64,000 nucleotides of DNA from Octopus sinensis (lineage: Eukaryota): the NCBI RefSeq assembly GCF_006345805.1, contig NC_043013.1:32798001-32862000 (forward strand). The letters run 5' to 3'. The position numbers and the translations under genes are program-made. The notes beneath the pieces were generated by a model. The model was not told the DNA's origin and did not search any database. It worked only from the letters and a program-made list of their open reading frames with translations. Positions 40,401-55,487 of the stretch are shown one piece after another. Position 1 is the first letter of the stretch. Every line of letters starts with the position of its first letter.

Positions 40401-41059
40401 GTAAGGTTTATATGCATATTTTATGAACCCTTTTCACTGAAGTATGTGATTGGTACTCTGTTGATGGCTACCCTTATTGAATGTGTCCTTTCAATGCCAT
40501 TCTTGACAATTAGGCACGCAAAACGGTAAGTTAGCATATCAATCTGATCTTCATAGTTCGATTTAAGATAAAGATCCTGAACACGTAAAGGGAGATAAAC
40601 CAGCGGTTATATTTTAACTCCGTTTGATGTATGCATACATATACAAACACTCGCAAAAGATATCATACACATACAGGCAAACATACACACTGATACACAC
40701 GCACACGCAGGCTAGCCACGCGATCGCCCACATATGTAAACACACACATACGCATACACACACATGAATTCACACCTCTACATATCTGTGTGTGTGTGTG
40801 TGTGTGTGTATAGTGTGTGTGTATGTATGTATGTATATATATATATAAATGTATGGGTAGAACACTTGATAAAAACGAGGATTTAACAAATAAATGTATG
40901 CATATCATGTATACACATACACATACATGTTTGTATACGTATATACATCTTTCAGCATGTGTGTCTGTGTACATGATTCTCTTGCTCTCTGTCTCTTTCA
41001 ATCGCCATTTTTTGTCTGTCTCTCTCTCACTCTCCTTCAGCCTCTCTCTCTCACTCTCT

Positions 41060-41114
<55 letters not shown>

Positions 41115-41809
41115 TACACACAAAGATATAGATATATAGGTAGAAACAATTAATCATATACACATATTAAACATGTATGTATATATTAGAGTCAAAATTG
41201 TGTTACATACTGAGGTAAAACAGCCTTAACAAAATCAGATTCTCCATGCAAGTGGAAGGCCAGAGAGAACATCCTTTAGAGAGCGTAAAATGAAAAGCAA
41301 ACAGGGGACATAACTCGGGTGTACATTTTCGAACACTCAATTAGCTGATATTATCAGAGTTATCCGTCTTTAAATTTGTCTTCAGATTACAACGATTATC
41401 TCAATCGACGTTATTCAGCTTTCTATATTACATGTGTAAGACGTTGCAACGTGTGTACTTAGCATGCAAAGCAGTCCTCTGAGATATTTTCTCTTCGTTC
41501 TGTTGAAGATAAATGTATATCTATATGTAAACATACAAGTATATATACATATACCTGAGCATACATATGTATATATACATATATGTAATATAAATAAATA
41601 TATGTATGCATGCATATATATACATAATATATATATATATATGTGTATATGTATAAGAGGCAGAAAGTGACATTCGCATACCGACCCACACACATAGAAT
41701 CCTTCTGTATAGGCTAACGCATATACAGGCAAATTATTCAGTACAAGCGTAAACATTAAACATAATATAACATTATATGTATACATACATGCATGTATAT
41801 GTATATGTT

Positions 41810-41843
<34 letters not shown>

Positions 41844-42582
41844 ATATATGTATACATAGATACATATATATATATGTATACATTTATATGTAATATATAG
41901 GTATGTAAATTCCTGTACGCACAAATACATAGACGTATTTATACATAGAAATTATGTGTGTATAAATATGTGTGTATTCGTGTGCAAGTGTTAGTTTGCG
42001 TGTGTATATATGTTCATAAATACAAATTCATATCTACTCATCTACACACACGCACGCACACACTCACTCACACACACGCAGAGATACATATATGTATATA
42101 TATATATATAATATTTATATACACAGATATATAATATGAATATGCATACAGGCAGACATACGCTCGCGCATATGTATACCTATACCCATCAAATTTATGA
42201 TTATACAAAAAGTTATACAAAGTGAAAAAAATAGCAAAAAATACAACCGAAATTGACAACTAAGCAACAAAATATTTATAAAAAGAAACACCATAAATAT
42301 ATAAATATAAACGTCAGCATTTTGAGTAGCATCATCATCATTCTCATCATCATTAGGAAGAAAACAGCATGAAAAACAAAACTAAAAAAAATCAACTTAG
42401 AACGAATCATACTCTCATATACATAACACCCATGCCAAAATGAAAACGAAACAATATACATGTACACACATATATACATACATACAGACACACATATATG
42501 TACATACATATATAAATATATATATATGCACATATATAGCTTAGTATGTATGTATATGTGTGTGTGCGTGTATATGTATATG

Positions 42583-42646
<64 letters not shown>

Positions 42647-43097
42647 CACACACACGAAGCGAAACAAAATCAATACCAAATCACACCCCTACATTAGAAA
42701 CAACAACTGCAATAACAACAACAACACAAATGAAATCCCAGCCCTCCACCGCTGAAAAAAAATAAATGCCATCGAATAGATTTGAGGTTATAAGAAAAGG
42801 AATTTGGAATTAATGTGCCGTATTTCTTTCCCATGGAAGATGGTTAGAATAATAATAAGAGAATTTTATATTTCGTTCTTTGAAAGAAAGAAGTACATCA
42901 CTAATTTTTTTTTCCATTTTCTCTCTTTTTTTTTTACCATTTTTTTTTCTATTTTGCACTTTTCTTTCTGTTCCTCAGACATCTAAGTTTTCGTTTATGA
43001 ATATTAAACAAAAAAAATCTGGTGAAGGAATGAAAACAACAAAACAACAAAACAAAATACACACAAGCAACACTAGAACAAAAAGAATATGGAGAAA

Positions 43098-43137
<40 letters not shown>

Positions 43138-43236
43138 GCACATGTTTATACATACATACATATATATATATGTGTGTGGGTATTCCCTATATATGTGTTT
43201 ATAAATGTGTGTTAGTATATATACATATACACACAT

Positions 43237-43271
<35 letters not shown>

Positions 43272-43429
43272 CACACACCAAAATCTATGGTTGTAAAGAA
43301 ATTCGTTTTTGCCAACGTGAATATGGAATACCATATTCGCGTTGGCAGCCATGTCTAATTGATTTCTCTGTGTTAAATGCTAATAAATGCCTATATTTCT
43401 CCCTTCGCTCTTTTCTCTTCTCTACCTAG

Positions 43430-44400
43430 CATATTTTAACCCTCATCCACAAACCACTGACACAGGCCCCTAGCAACCACCGTCACCACCACCTCTACTA
43501 CCACCACCATTACCATCACCAAGATAATTTATCCACAGCTACTACTATTACTATCACCACCAAAAACCAGCCATTATCTATACACTTTTCTCACCAAATA
43601 AGTTATCCTTCACTATATCTATGAATTACATCTGATGCCGCTGCTCCTAATACTACTGTTACGACAATTACTATCTCCGCAACCAATACCGACTATAATA
43701 CTATAGCAAAAACAACATCAATAATAACCTTATACACTTCAAATTCCTAGCTATCAATCTTAATACCTTAAATCGAGTTTAGTACCAGCTTCATTACGTA
43801 CTCCATTATCACCGGTTGCAATCGTTATAACTAAACGCATCACTGTACATATCACAACCATCACTATAACCACTGTTACTCACTACCAACAACAACAGCA
43901 ACACGTCAGCAACCATTATTATTACCACCAGGTCTATCATCCCACCTTCCTTAACAAATGATAAAGTACTACAGGCACAACCACCACCCTTTATATAATA
44001 TACAAGAACTACCACCGATATCACCGTAACAATAATAAGAACAACAACAATAAAGATACTTCCAGCATTAGCACAACCAACCCCAACTGTTCAAGCAATA
44101 CCAACACCATTGTTATCACCTGTTACTACTACTAAGAAGAGCTTATTTTATCAGCATTCACAACTATCCACAACTGTCCTTCATATGCAATCACTACAAT
44201 CGCGACAAATGATATAAACCCTACAAACATTAATACTAACATCATCAACAAACCTAATCTTATATTGTCAAATATAAACTTTTTTTTTCCATATCTGCCA
44301 GTTACCATTCCTTAGAGTCACCATCAACAATATCAACAATAATGATCATTGCATAAACACATCAACATCAACATCAACATGTCTGCATTAAGAATGAATT
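43430..44400. repeat. Degenerate trinucleotide low-complexity region (ACC/ACT/ACA)
   Basis: Direct reading. Confidence 0.75.
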
Positions 44401-44482
44401 GATCATAAACCCGCTAGAAAACGGGATTTATGCAGCATGGATATCAGTGAATTTACTAGCACATGCACACATTTATTAATAC

Positions 44483-44590
<108 letters not shown>

Positions 44591-44897
44591 AGACACTCAA
44601 ACACACACACGTGTGTGTGGGTATATGCAATATACATATATATATATGTATATATATTAAGACCAATCTTACTTAGAAAGGGAAGCGTGCGTTCTGTCAT
44701 ATAATAAATTAATAAATAAATAAAACATATGCATATATACATACATATATGTACGTACTACCTCTACATGTATATATACATGCATATAGGGTACAGGACC
44801 AAACAAAAATCGTCGAACAAATGAGAAACGAAAACATAAACACAAAACCAAGGAAATGGACATTTTTTAAAAACAACGAAAAAAATAGAGTACCAGG

Positions 44898-44959
<62 letters not shown>

Positions 44960-44964
44960 GTGTG

Positions 44965-44996
<32 letters not shown>

Positions 44997-45086
44997 AAAA
45001 AGTTTATACATATACACACATAAACACGTTATCGTTTGTATATATGTTTAATTCTCGGGTGAGATTGAATCATTAAGTGTAATCAT

Positions 45087-45130
<44 letters not shown>

Positions 45131-45339
45131 ATGTGTATATATAAATGTTTGTGCGTATTTAGTACAACAAGGTTGTTCACAATTATTTATATCTGGGTGT
45201 GTGTATTAGTACATTTATATATGAGTCTGCATGCTTTCCTTTTCCTCACAAATGGATATAGGCGTAACCTGGGAAATAGATGCGTAGTTTTCTCTGTCTG
45301 TCTGTTTGTCTGTCTGTTTCCCTCTCTCTTTCTCTCTCA

Positions 45340-45670
45340 AAATATAAAGATGGACGAAACACCGCTAAAGATTTCGTGAAATGCCGTAAAGATTCTGCCA
45401 CCGTTTAATAATAATTTCAAACTTTCGGCACAAGGCCAGCAATATGATGGGAGGAATAAATCGATTTCATAGACCTCAGTGCTCATCTGGTGCCTATTTT
45501 ATCAAACTCAGAAGGATGAGAGGCAGTGTTGACTCCGGCAGCATTTGGACTCAGTACGTAAAGTCTGAAGAAATGTCTCTAGGCATTTCTCTCGGTATGA
45601 AATCGATTCTGAGAGTTCGCCACCATTTCTAAGAATGAGCAGCACTTATCTAGGGCATTTACAGTTATTC
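45340..45670 (-). repeat. Copy 1 of a local duplication (two degenerate family-A SINE pieces plus unique flank)
   Basis: Shares private variants and flank with 47415-47745. Confidence 0.8.
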
Positions 45671-45740
45671 TCCCTTTCTCTCTCTCTCTACCTACCTACC
45701 TACCTACCTACCTACCTACCTACCTACCCTACCAACCTAC

Positions 45741-45772
<32 letters not shown>

Positions 45773-45803
45773 ACTATCTATCTATCTAATCTATCTACCT
45801 ATC

Positions 45804-45834
<31 letters not shown>

Positions 45835-45855
45835 TTATCTCTATCTATCTATCTA

Positions 45856-45886
<31 letters not shown>

Positions 45887-45938
45887 ATATCTATCTACCT
45901 ACCTATCTATCTATATCTATCTATCTATCTATCTATCG

Positions 45939-45990
<52 letters not shown>

Positions 45991-46125
45991 GTCAATCTAT
46001 CAATGTATGCTTCTACATATTTGTGTGTACGTCTGTTGAACAAAACTGAACACTTTACAGTAATTATACATTATCAAGTTTCGTTTTGGGATTTGGTTTG
46101 CAAGATTGTTTATGTGTGTTGAAGC

Positions 46126-46322
46126 ATATTTTGTTGTGTCTGGGGAGAGTCATTCCCTTTTAGTGCCTTATTCTTTAACACACTCAACGACAATCGAAAA
46201 GGTTACAAGACGCAACGAAAGTTTTAGGAAAAATAAATAAGTAAATGAGTGGAAACTTTATCGGTGATTGTGTTTAATAAAGCTCTAAAAGAGAATGACT
46301 CTCCCCAGACACAACGAAATAT
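46126..46322. repeat. Foldback: 38-bp inverted arms (2 mismatches) around about 120 bp
   Basis: atattttgttgtgtctggggagagtcattcccttttag versus ctaaaagagaatgactctccccagacacaacgaaatat. Confidence 0.85.
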
Positions 46323-47279
46323 ATTATTAAATTATCATTTTGTTTAAGTAACTGAATAGAAGCCAATATTCTCTAATCAATTACACAATACTTCTGATCC
46401 TGACATTAATAAAACTGTACCAGTTTGAGTTACTTTCACAGAACGAGATGCTGGATTATATTAGAGCTTGGAAGTTCAGTTAAAACACTCACTTCCCAGT
46501 TATGTGATTTGGTGCTCAAACTCACTGCGTGGCACGTCGGGCAATTTTTCTCTTACCTTTGTCTTAAGTAGCCTAAACTTTTGTAACCGTACTCTAGTAA
46601 ACTGAAACTGTGTCACAGTCCACCGGGGAGGCCATCTCTGTTCATGGGTGGTCGACATAAACAACATTATGCGCAATATATTCAGCGAAGTATGTACTGT
46701 CTTGATTCCGCAAGTAGCAGATTTCTGTCTAGGGATAATAAATTATACCCTTCCTTTCACCAGCCTCAGAGACTCTGTAAACAGTCGTGGGCGTGGCCTA
46801 TTCTCTTTTGGCTGGTCATAATTAGTATGAAGATATGTGTTAAGTTCGATGTACTCTGATGGAAGTGTACTACTAAACATCGACATTTTAAGCTTTTGTT
46901 TGCAGTCTTATCGACAATCTCTTTTTCTCTTTCTCTCTCTCCTCCCTCCGCCTGTATTGCTTTCCCGCTTTCTAAACAAATCTATATGCATTATTGAGTA
47001 GCAATCTTGACAACATACCCCAACCCACACTGGCTTCATGTACAAAAACTTAGAATGCGTCCACCTGTGGAGATATGCCAACTTATTCCTTTTTCAACAG
47101 GAAGAAATCAGCAAGCAATATACATGTATATATAGATATATAGATAGTTATATATATATACATACACACACACATATATATATATATAGATAGTTATATA
47201 TATATATATATAAGTATGAATGTATGAATGGATGTGTGTCTGAATGTATATATTTACCACAATCTTAATACTCCTTTCT

Positions 47280-47745
47280 AGCCTAGTCACAAGGCCTGAA
47301 ATTTGTGGGTAAGAGGGTCAGTCGATAAAGAGGGCTCCAGTACTAAACTGGTGCTTACTTTATCGATAACGAAAGGATGAAAGGCAAAGTCGATCTTGTT
47401 GGAATTTGAACTCAGAATATAAAGATGGACGAAAGATTTCGTGTTAGATTTCGTAAAACGCGGTAACGGTTCTGCCAGCTATTAATAATGATTTGAAACT
47501 TTTGGCACAAGGCCAGCAATATGATGGGAGGAATAAATCGATTTCATAGACCTCAGTGCTCCTCTGGTACCTATTTTATCAAACTCAGAAGGATGAAAGG
47601 CAGTGTCGACCCCCACAGCATTTGGACTCGGTAGTAAGGTCTGAAGAAATGTCTCTAGGCATTTTCCCTAGCGTCATAACGGTTCTGTTTGTTCGCCGCC
47701 ATTTTTAAGAATGAACAGCACTTATTTAAAGCATTTACGGTTATT
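47280..47745 (-). mobile_element. Tandem family-A SINEs including copy 2 of the local duplication
   Basis: Homology to family A and to 45340-45670. Confidence 0.8.
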
Positions 47746-48119
47746 CTGAATGTTATGTCTTACCGTCACTGGGAATCACACCCACGGCATAATTCAAAAA
47801 GCAATCTCAATGGCTAGCCCTTCTCTTCAGATACGTTACCTTTCAAGAGTTATTGATATTCTAGATACTTAAATCCGCAAATGCGTGTTGCTCTCATAAT
47901 TGAGAGACTGTTGGTGTTGCACCCACAGACATCCCTCATCGCAACTTGGTCTAAAATCATTCTACACAGTCTCTGATTTACAGGCACACTGACTCTTCTC
48001 TCTGTGACATATATAGTTCTATATCTACCGTGACTAAATAAAACGAGATGGTTATGCATGGAACGCTTTTGATCATAGTTTGGCTTCATCTATGATCAAC
48101 TATTAATACCAATCTCATA

Positions 48120-48855
48120 ATCTGCTGTCTGTGTTCAAATTTAGGCGTAAGAAAGCGAGTTGATCGACACTCGGATTATTAACGTAAATGGTATATTATT
48201 TTATCGCGCCTGAAAGGATAAAAACGATATGAGGCAAAGTTAGCCCTGGTGCAATTTGATCCCCGAATGTAAAAACGAAAACAATTAAAGGAAAACAGTT
48301 GATTCGAACTCGAATGATTCCGCCATCCTACCACTTGGCTTTTGGAATAATTATCTTTTCTACTAAAGGCTCAAGAAAAGAAGTTTTAAGGGAAAGGCTA
48401 CTGGTCGGCTATATCGACTCCAGTACGTGACTGGTACTTACTTGATTGACCCCAAAAAGATGAAAAGAAGAGTCATCCTCGACGGCATTTCAACACAGAA
48501 CTTAAAAGCTGGAAGAGATTTTGCTAAGCATTGGTCGACCTCATCGGAATTTGAACTTAAAACGTAAAAACGTACGAAATACCGCTAATTATTTTGTCCG
48601 GCGTATTAACGATTCTGCCAGTTCACCACCGTATATAATCATGGTTTCAAATTTTGGCACAAGGCCGGCAGATTTTGAAGGGAGGGGGAGTCGTTTACAT
48701 CACTCGCAGTTCTCAACTTGTAATTATTTTTATCAACCCCAAAAAACGGATGAACGGCAAAGTGGACCTCAGCGGAATTTGAACTCAAACCGTAAAGATC
48801 CGCAAGAAATGTTGTTATGCATTTTTTCCAGCGCGGTAATGATTCTGCCAGATCG
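48120..48855 (-). mobile_element. Array of three or more degenerate family-A SINEs
   Basis: Repeated core, ggaatttgaac and gattctgcca segments in the same orientation. Confidence 0.75.
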
Positions 48856-49224
48856 TCATCTTGCTTTTGGATTAATTATGCAATCTAACAAATGATACGT
48901 TTTCTTATTGATTCTTGTCTCATTACATCCTTAATCTTCCAATTAATTGCGTTAAATTTAATGCTCTTTAACGGCTCATTGCTTATATTACTACTTATCA
49001 TTTTTATTATTTTATTCCTCCCTTGATTAATTGCCTTCGATCAATACTGAATGTTGCCTCTGAAATTTTCTCTTTTCTTCTACAATTTTTCTTAGTTATT
49101 CATTAATTTATGTATGTATGCATGTATGTATGTATATATTTATGTATATATTTATGTATGTATGTATGTTTGTATGTATGTATGTATGTATGTATGTATG
49201 TATGTATGTATGTATATGTGAGTG

Positions 49225-49445
49225 TTTATTGAACAAAAATACCTAAAGCTCCAAGAGGCTCTTGTAGGAGGTGGTGGCGATCCCTGGTGTACTCTTTCGC
49301 CACAACTTTCTCTCACTCTTTCTTCTGTTGGCCAGCTCGCTTAGCCAGCGGGGTGGCGTCATTTGAAGGCTAAAACAATGCGAAGTGCATTGTGACCAGC
49401 GATGTGTAGCAACATCTGATAGCTTGGTCGGTCACGGTGATCACG
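49225..49445 (+). mobile_element. Family-B SINE middle with a different 3' tail
   Basis: gtgtttattgaacaaaaatacctaaagctcc...actctttcgccacaactttctctcactc matches family B, then diverges. Confidence 0.65.
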
Positions 49446-49451
49446 GTGATT

Positions 49452-49496
<45 letters not shown>

Positions 49497-49550
49497 CGTG
49501 GCACTCTGTTGGTTAAGACAACGAGAGTTCCAGTGGATCCAGTTATAATG

Positions 49551-49559
<9 letters not shown>

Positions 49560-49588
<29 letters not shown>

Positions 49589-49916
49589 TTTTATTATTAA
49601 TATTTTTGCTGTAGTTATCACACTGGGACCACAATGTTGATGAGGTGTATTCGTAATGAATGTAACGAGGTCGGCGACGATGATGATAACACCGATGAGA
49701 TGATAATAATGATCATGGTAGTGCTGGTGGTTGTTGGTGGTGATGATAAGGATAATGATGATGATGGCAATGATGATGACAACGATGTTGATGATGACGA
49801 GGACGATGACAACGATGTCGTTGTTCATCATGGTCATGTTCATTATAGTCATAAGCGTGGTCACGGTGACAACGACGACGGTGATGATGATGATGATAAT
49901 AATAATAATAATAATA

Positions 49917-49992
<76 letters not shown>

Positions 49993-50017
49993 TAATAATA
50001 ATAATAATAATGATAAT
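49560..50017. repeat. (GAT)n/(AAT)n compound microsatellite
   Basis: Direct reading. Confidence 0.9.
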
Positions 50018-50539
50018 GGCTCCTGATCTTAACTGATTGGAAGTGTTATCATATACATTGTTTTGTCTTGGTATAAAAGATGGGCTACACCAAATATTCT
50101 GCTCAATACCGCAGATTTGCTTGTCAGTTGTTTGACCTTAACCAATTTACCATGTCCCTTAGTGGCTGACGATATGTGCATCTCTGATCACAAGCAGAAA
50201 TAGTGGGGGAGCATCATAGCCGTGTGTTGAAAGAAATTCTTAGAGGTTTGGATAATTCACTTTTGGGAACAGGAGTGGTTCGCTCAGCATCCTTAAACAA
50301 TCTTTTTTCAGGGACCTTTTGAGCATGATGGGTTACTCGACCAGAAGAAAATTCTAACTGGGCCCCACCTGCAAGGTCATGCGCTGTTTTTCTTGATATG
50401 AGATCAACATGTAGCGCAGATATGGATGTGATGCATGTGCCTGGTGTGCCCTTATCAGACGGGTAATTATGATGGGTATACTGGGCTTCGTATATTTTAC
50501 CTCAGTGTCACTTCGATGGCATGCACTGCTCTCTCACTC
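50018..50539 (+). mobile_element. Unclassified non-coding insert between (TAA)n tracts, possibly an R4/Dong 3' UTR
   Basis: Balanced-composition block with sharp (TAA)n boundaries; classification inferred from context only. Confidence 0.45.
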
Positions 50540-50549
50540 AATAATAATG

Positions 50550-50610
<61 letters not shown>

Positions 50611-50611
<1 letters not shown>

Positions 50612-50840
50612 TCACAGACACGACAGAGTTGGGACCTATATACATTGGAAGATATGACAACACTATGGAATAACAACAGAAAAAGATGGCTTAAGCACAC
50701 GCTAGAAAAGGTCACAGAAAATGAGAAAACAACCATACTATGAGATATGCAAATGCACACAGAGAAATTAAGACCAATATGCCAGATATAGTTGTCAGAG
50801 ACCATGCTTTTTAATTGATGTATCAATACCAGCAGATGAC
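50611..50840 (+). mobile_element. Internal fragment of R4/Dong family 2
   Basis: HRHDRVGTYIHWKI...PDIVVRDH...LIDVSIPADD, homologous to 31150-31420; starts at (TAA)n. Confidence 0.85.
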
Positions 50841-51039
50841 AGGTTCGGCTGTTGGCACTTCCATGACTGAAGAGCTTGTCTCAAACGGGCAATGTCTCTC
50901 TGTAGCTCTGCTAAGCAAAAGACATTTGGAAATTGTTCATGATCTTCGACCCGAAGGTCCTCTGGAAGAAACTACTCAGACTATTCTCGTCGATGCCTAT
51001 ATTCAACCCTAGGCTATCGTCATTCACGAAAATTTTTTT

Positions 51040-51272
51040 CTACTCTAGATACAAGGCCTTGAAAATTTTAGGGGGAAGGGGGCTAGTGGATTACATCGAC
51101 CCCAGTGCTTGGTACTCTTCAACCCCAGTGGACTGGTACTTAATTCATTGAATCCGAAAGGATATAAGGCAAAGTCGACCTCGGCGGAATTTGATCTCAG
51201 AATTCAGCGGCAGACGAAATACCGCTAAGCATTTCGCCCGGCATGCTAACAGTTCTGCCAGCTTGCCGCCTT
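51040..51272 (-). mobile_element. Family-A SINE
   Basis: Homology to other copies. Confidence 0.85.
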
Positions 51273-51989
51273 ATCATAATGATGATAATGATATTGGTGA
51301 CAACGACATCATCAAAGACAATAAAAGCAATAAAAACAACAATAACAACAACAACTACAACACGTCATCTTGGTTCTAAGTTTCTTGATCTAAGAAAATT
51401 AAACCATTCAGAGATAAAAAAAATATGCGTAAACTGATGCACAGTCACACACACATACACACACACACATGCACAAACACACACACATACACACACAAAC
51501 ACAAACACAAACACACACACATACACACGTTTGCATATAATGCATCCGTATATGTATAAATATGCATACAAATACACACATTTATGTACATATATAGAAA
51601 TATATGCATACACACATATACATACATATGTCTACATATGTATAATGTACATATACAGATGTGTGTGCGTGTGAAGGTATATATATATTATATATATATA
51701 TATACATATCATGTACATATATGTATATGCATATATATATGCATATATATATATATACTTGTGTATATATGTCTGTGTGAATGTATGTTGGTGTGTGTGT
51801 GTATGTGTACGTGTGTCTGTGAGTGTGTGTGTGTTTTCATATAATAATTAGAGACAGAGATATAGAATTAGATTGTAAGCAACTGGGAGAAACGATAGAC
51901 GGAGAGAAAAACGTATATTTGAAGAGATAAAAATTATGAGCGAGAAAGAACGAGAAGAGAAGCAGACAAAGGTAGAGAAAGGGATAGAG

Positions 51990-52043
<54 letters not shown>

Positions 52044-52879
52044 GAGGAAGAATATGAAAGAAATAGAAATAGATACATGGAAACGTGGTGGGGGGAGTCT
52101 CGTGAGTTAGAACAGCACTAGTGAGTTAGAAAGAGAGTGGCAGAGAGAGACGGCCATTATAGAAATATGTGAGAAGAACAAAAATAAAAAAAAGAAAGTC
52201 AAACGCAACAGCAACAACAACTAAAAAAAGCAAGAACATAATAAGTGAGGGTGAGTATAAATGATAAATACATAAGTGCGTACAAATAGATAAAAAGAAA
52301 CAACAAAAGAAGCATAACCAAAAAAAAACACAAACAAACACAATAAAGAAGTGACGAAGCACAAGAAGAAAAATACCAATAAAGCAAGCAGTACTGATCT
52401 GTTGGCTTTTCTGTTATTACGGAAAATGAGAAGAGGATATACTGTCACCATATTGGTGTTTGGGATTTGTCTTCTTCTTCTTCTTCTGCCTGTTATTTTT
52501 TTGGAGGGAGGGGGTAGATTCTTATACACACATACACTCATATCTACATATATACATATATATATATATGTATATATGTATATATATATATATATATATA
52601 TTTAAATACGTATACATATGTAGTATATATATAGATATATATTTATACATACCTACATATACATATATATTCATATAGCCATATATACACACACACACAA
52701 TATATTATATATATGTATATACGATTTCGCATAAACACATACACTTAGACGCATAGGAAATTACATACATATATGTACATGAACCCATATACATGTTTAT
52801 ATATATACATACATATACATATATATACACAAACCCATGTATATGTTTATATATATATATATATATATATACATATATT

Positions 52880-52910
<31 letters not shown>

Positions 52911-54472
52911 ATATATATATATATACATGTATATACGTATATATGCATATATATATATATATATGTCCGTATGTATAAAGATATATATATGTATATACAT
53001 AATTATATGTATGAATGTGTATGTTTACACACAAACGCACCCACACAGATATATACATACGTAACACACACACACACACATATCTGTATACATATAAAAA
53101 TACACACTAACGCTCAAACACACACACACACAAATATTTAGCTTTGTTGTTTTGTTTGTTATTGGATATTCGGTAGTTGATCTGGATATTTTATCTTATA
53201 TTTCCTCCCCACCCCACATTTTTCCATATTTCTTTATTCTCTCAGATTTCCACCCCCCTCACGTTACACCTTACACACCACCACCACACCCACCACTTAC
53301 ACTCATAATATAAACGCACAAAGAAGGAAACACACAAACAACCCTTACATACACACATACATCCCTTTCCTTTATAAATACATTCACTGGCAAAACGGTA
53401 GAAACAGATTTGTGGACTAAAGACCAGACATCATTATTTTTGAATGTTATAAATATTTCTATTGTGCTGTGAGACGTCCATTTTGTTTTGTAGTTGCGCT
53501 TGTTGTTGTGATTGTTGTTCTTGATGGTTTTGCTATTTTTTCTTTGTGTTTTTTTTTGTTGCAACTATTTTTGTTTAAATTGTTATTGTTGTAGTTCTTA
53601 TTAAAACTCTAGCTTTTCTGCTCGTTGGAGTACACGTAGTAACTGCTATAGGAGTAAAAGTATTACTCCTAACAGTGGTATTATCATAATCATCATCATC
53701 GTCATCATTATCATCATCATTATAATATTATTATTATTATTATTATTGTTAGTAGTAGTAGTAGTTGTAGTAATCGTAGTGGCCATTGTTGTTGACGCTC
53801 TATTTGTTACAGATTTTCGATAATAGTAGTAGCAATAGTAATGGTATTAGGGGTGGCACATATAGTAGTAGTAGTAGTAGTAGTAGAAAAGGTAGAAGAA
53901 GAAAATAAAGGAGGAGGGGGAGGAGGAGAAGGAAGAGGAGAAGACTTATTGTTGTTGTTGTGGTGGTGGTAGCAAATAATTGCTTTAGTAAAAGTCAGGT
54001 GTTGATGTTGATGTTGATGTTAACGTTGATTCGTAGCCTCAGGTCAACTTTGATTGGTCAGAATTATGAATACAGTGACGAAAGGCAATCCAGCCATGAC
54101 CTTTTGAATTAGGCACCACATGATACAGTGAAAGTCCTTTGTTTTCCTTCAGAAGGAAACGTGTGATTTGAGGATGATTTGACAGTGGTTTATAGCAAAT
54201 CAAGTCGAGTGGCTACAGAGACACACTGCTGAAATAATGGTGTCTGACGTTGTTGTAGTTCTACTTGATGATATTGAAGTAGAAGCCATCGTTAGTGGAG
54301 TAGTAGTGGTAATAGTAGTAGTCGTAGTCGTAGCAGAAAACAGCAGCAGCAGCAGCAGTAGTTGTTGTTTTGGCAGTTGTCCCGATAAAACTGTACGGAA
54401 CCAAAATAAACGCTTCAAATGGCGACAATGTGTGTGTAAGCGACTGTGTTCGTTTTAGTAGGTGTGTATATA

Positions 54473-54531
<59 letters not shown>

Positions 54532-54680
54532 TATATGTATATATATCCATATACATGTATATATATATATATTTACACACATTACACGCATATATATACA
54601 CATATAAATACACATAATATGTGTATATATATAGTGTATAGATTTACGTATGTGCGTATGAGTACATTTATGTTTACATC

Positions 54681-54730
<50 letters not shown>

Positions 54731-54877
54731 TACATACATATATATGTACGTCGATATATAAATCGGAGAATGTATGTATAATGCATATATATTATATTGC
54801 ACATAATACATATACCAACATATATATATATATATATAAACATGCATGGATACATACATATATATTTGATATATGGT

Positions 54878-54924
<47 letters not shown>

Positions 54925-55408
54925 TATATATATATATATATAATATTATATATACAGATATATATGTATATGTATGTATATAAATATATGTCAAAGAAAA
55001 AACTGAACAACAAAGGCACAAAGAACGTACAGACATAATTATCAAGTTTTTCTGTTTTGTGTTCTGTATCGGCCAAAAGAATAAAGAAACCAGACGTACA
55101 GATATGCAAATCATTCAACAGAACTTAAAGTGCTGCTTCTTTTAGTGGTAGTTTAGTGATAGGGAAATGGTGAGGGCTGGTTGGAAATACGATGTAAACA
55201 TTAGCTCCCATTACAGTAAGGAATATTGAGCCCATCATAAAGGATCTTTGTGTGATAATTACACTAAGGAAAACATTAATAAATAAATAAATAAATAAAT
55301 AAGGGGGAAAAATATCCTGATCACAAGGGACAATTGTAATCTCTAATGCAAATGATGCAAATATAGTTATCACAAACGACCACGTAACTATGCATAATAT
55401 GGTCATTG

Positions 55409-55487
<79 letters not shown>

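Noticed and set aside
47820-47900. FKYL motif on the minus strand suggesting an RT relic
   Set aside because: Too short and lacks neighbouring RT motifs
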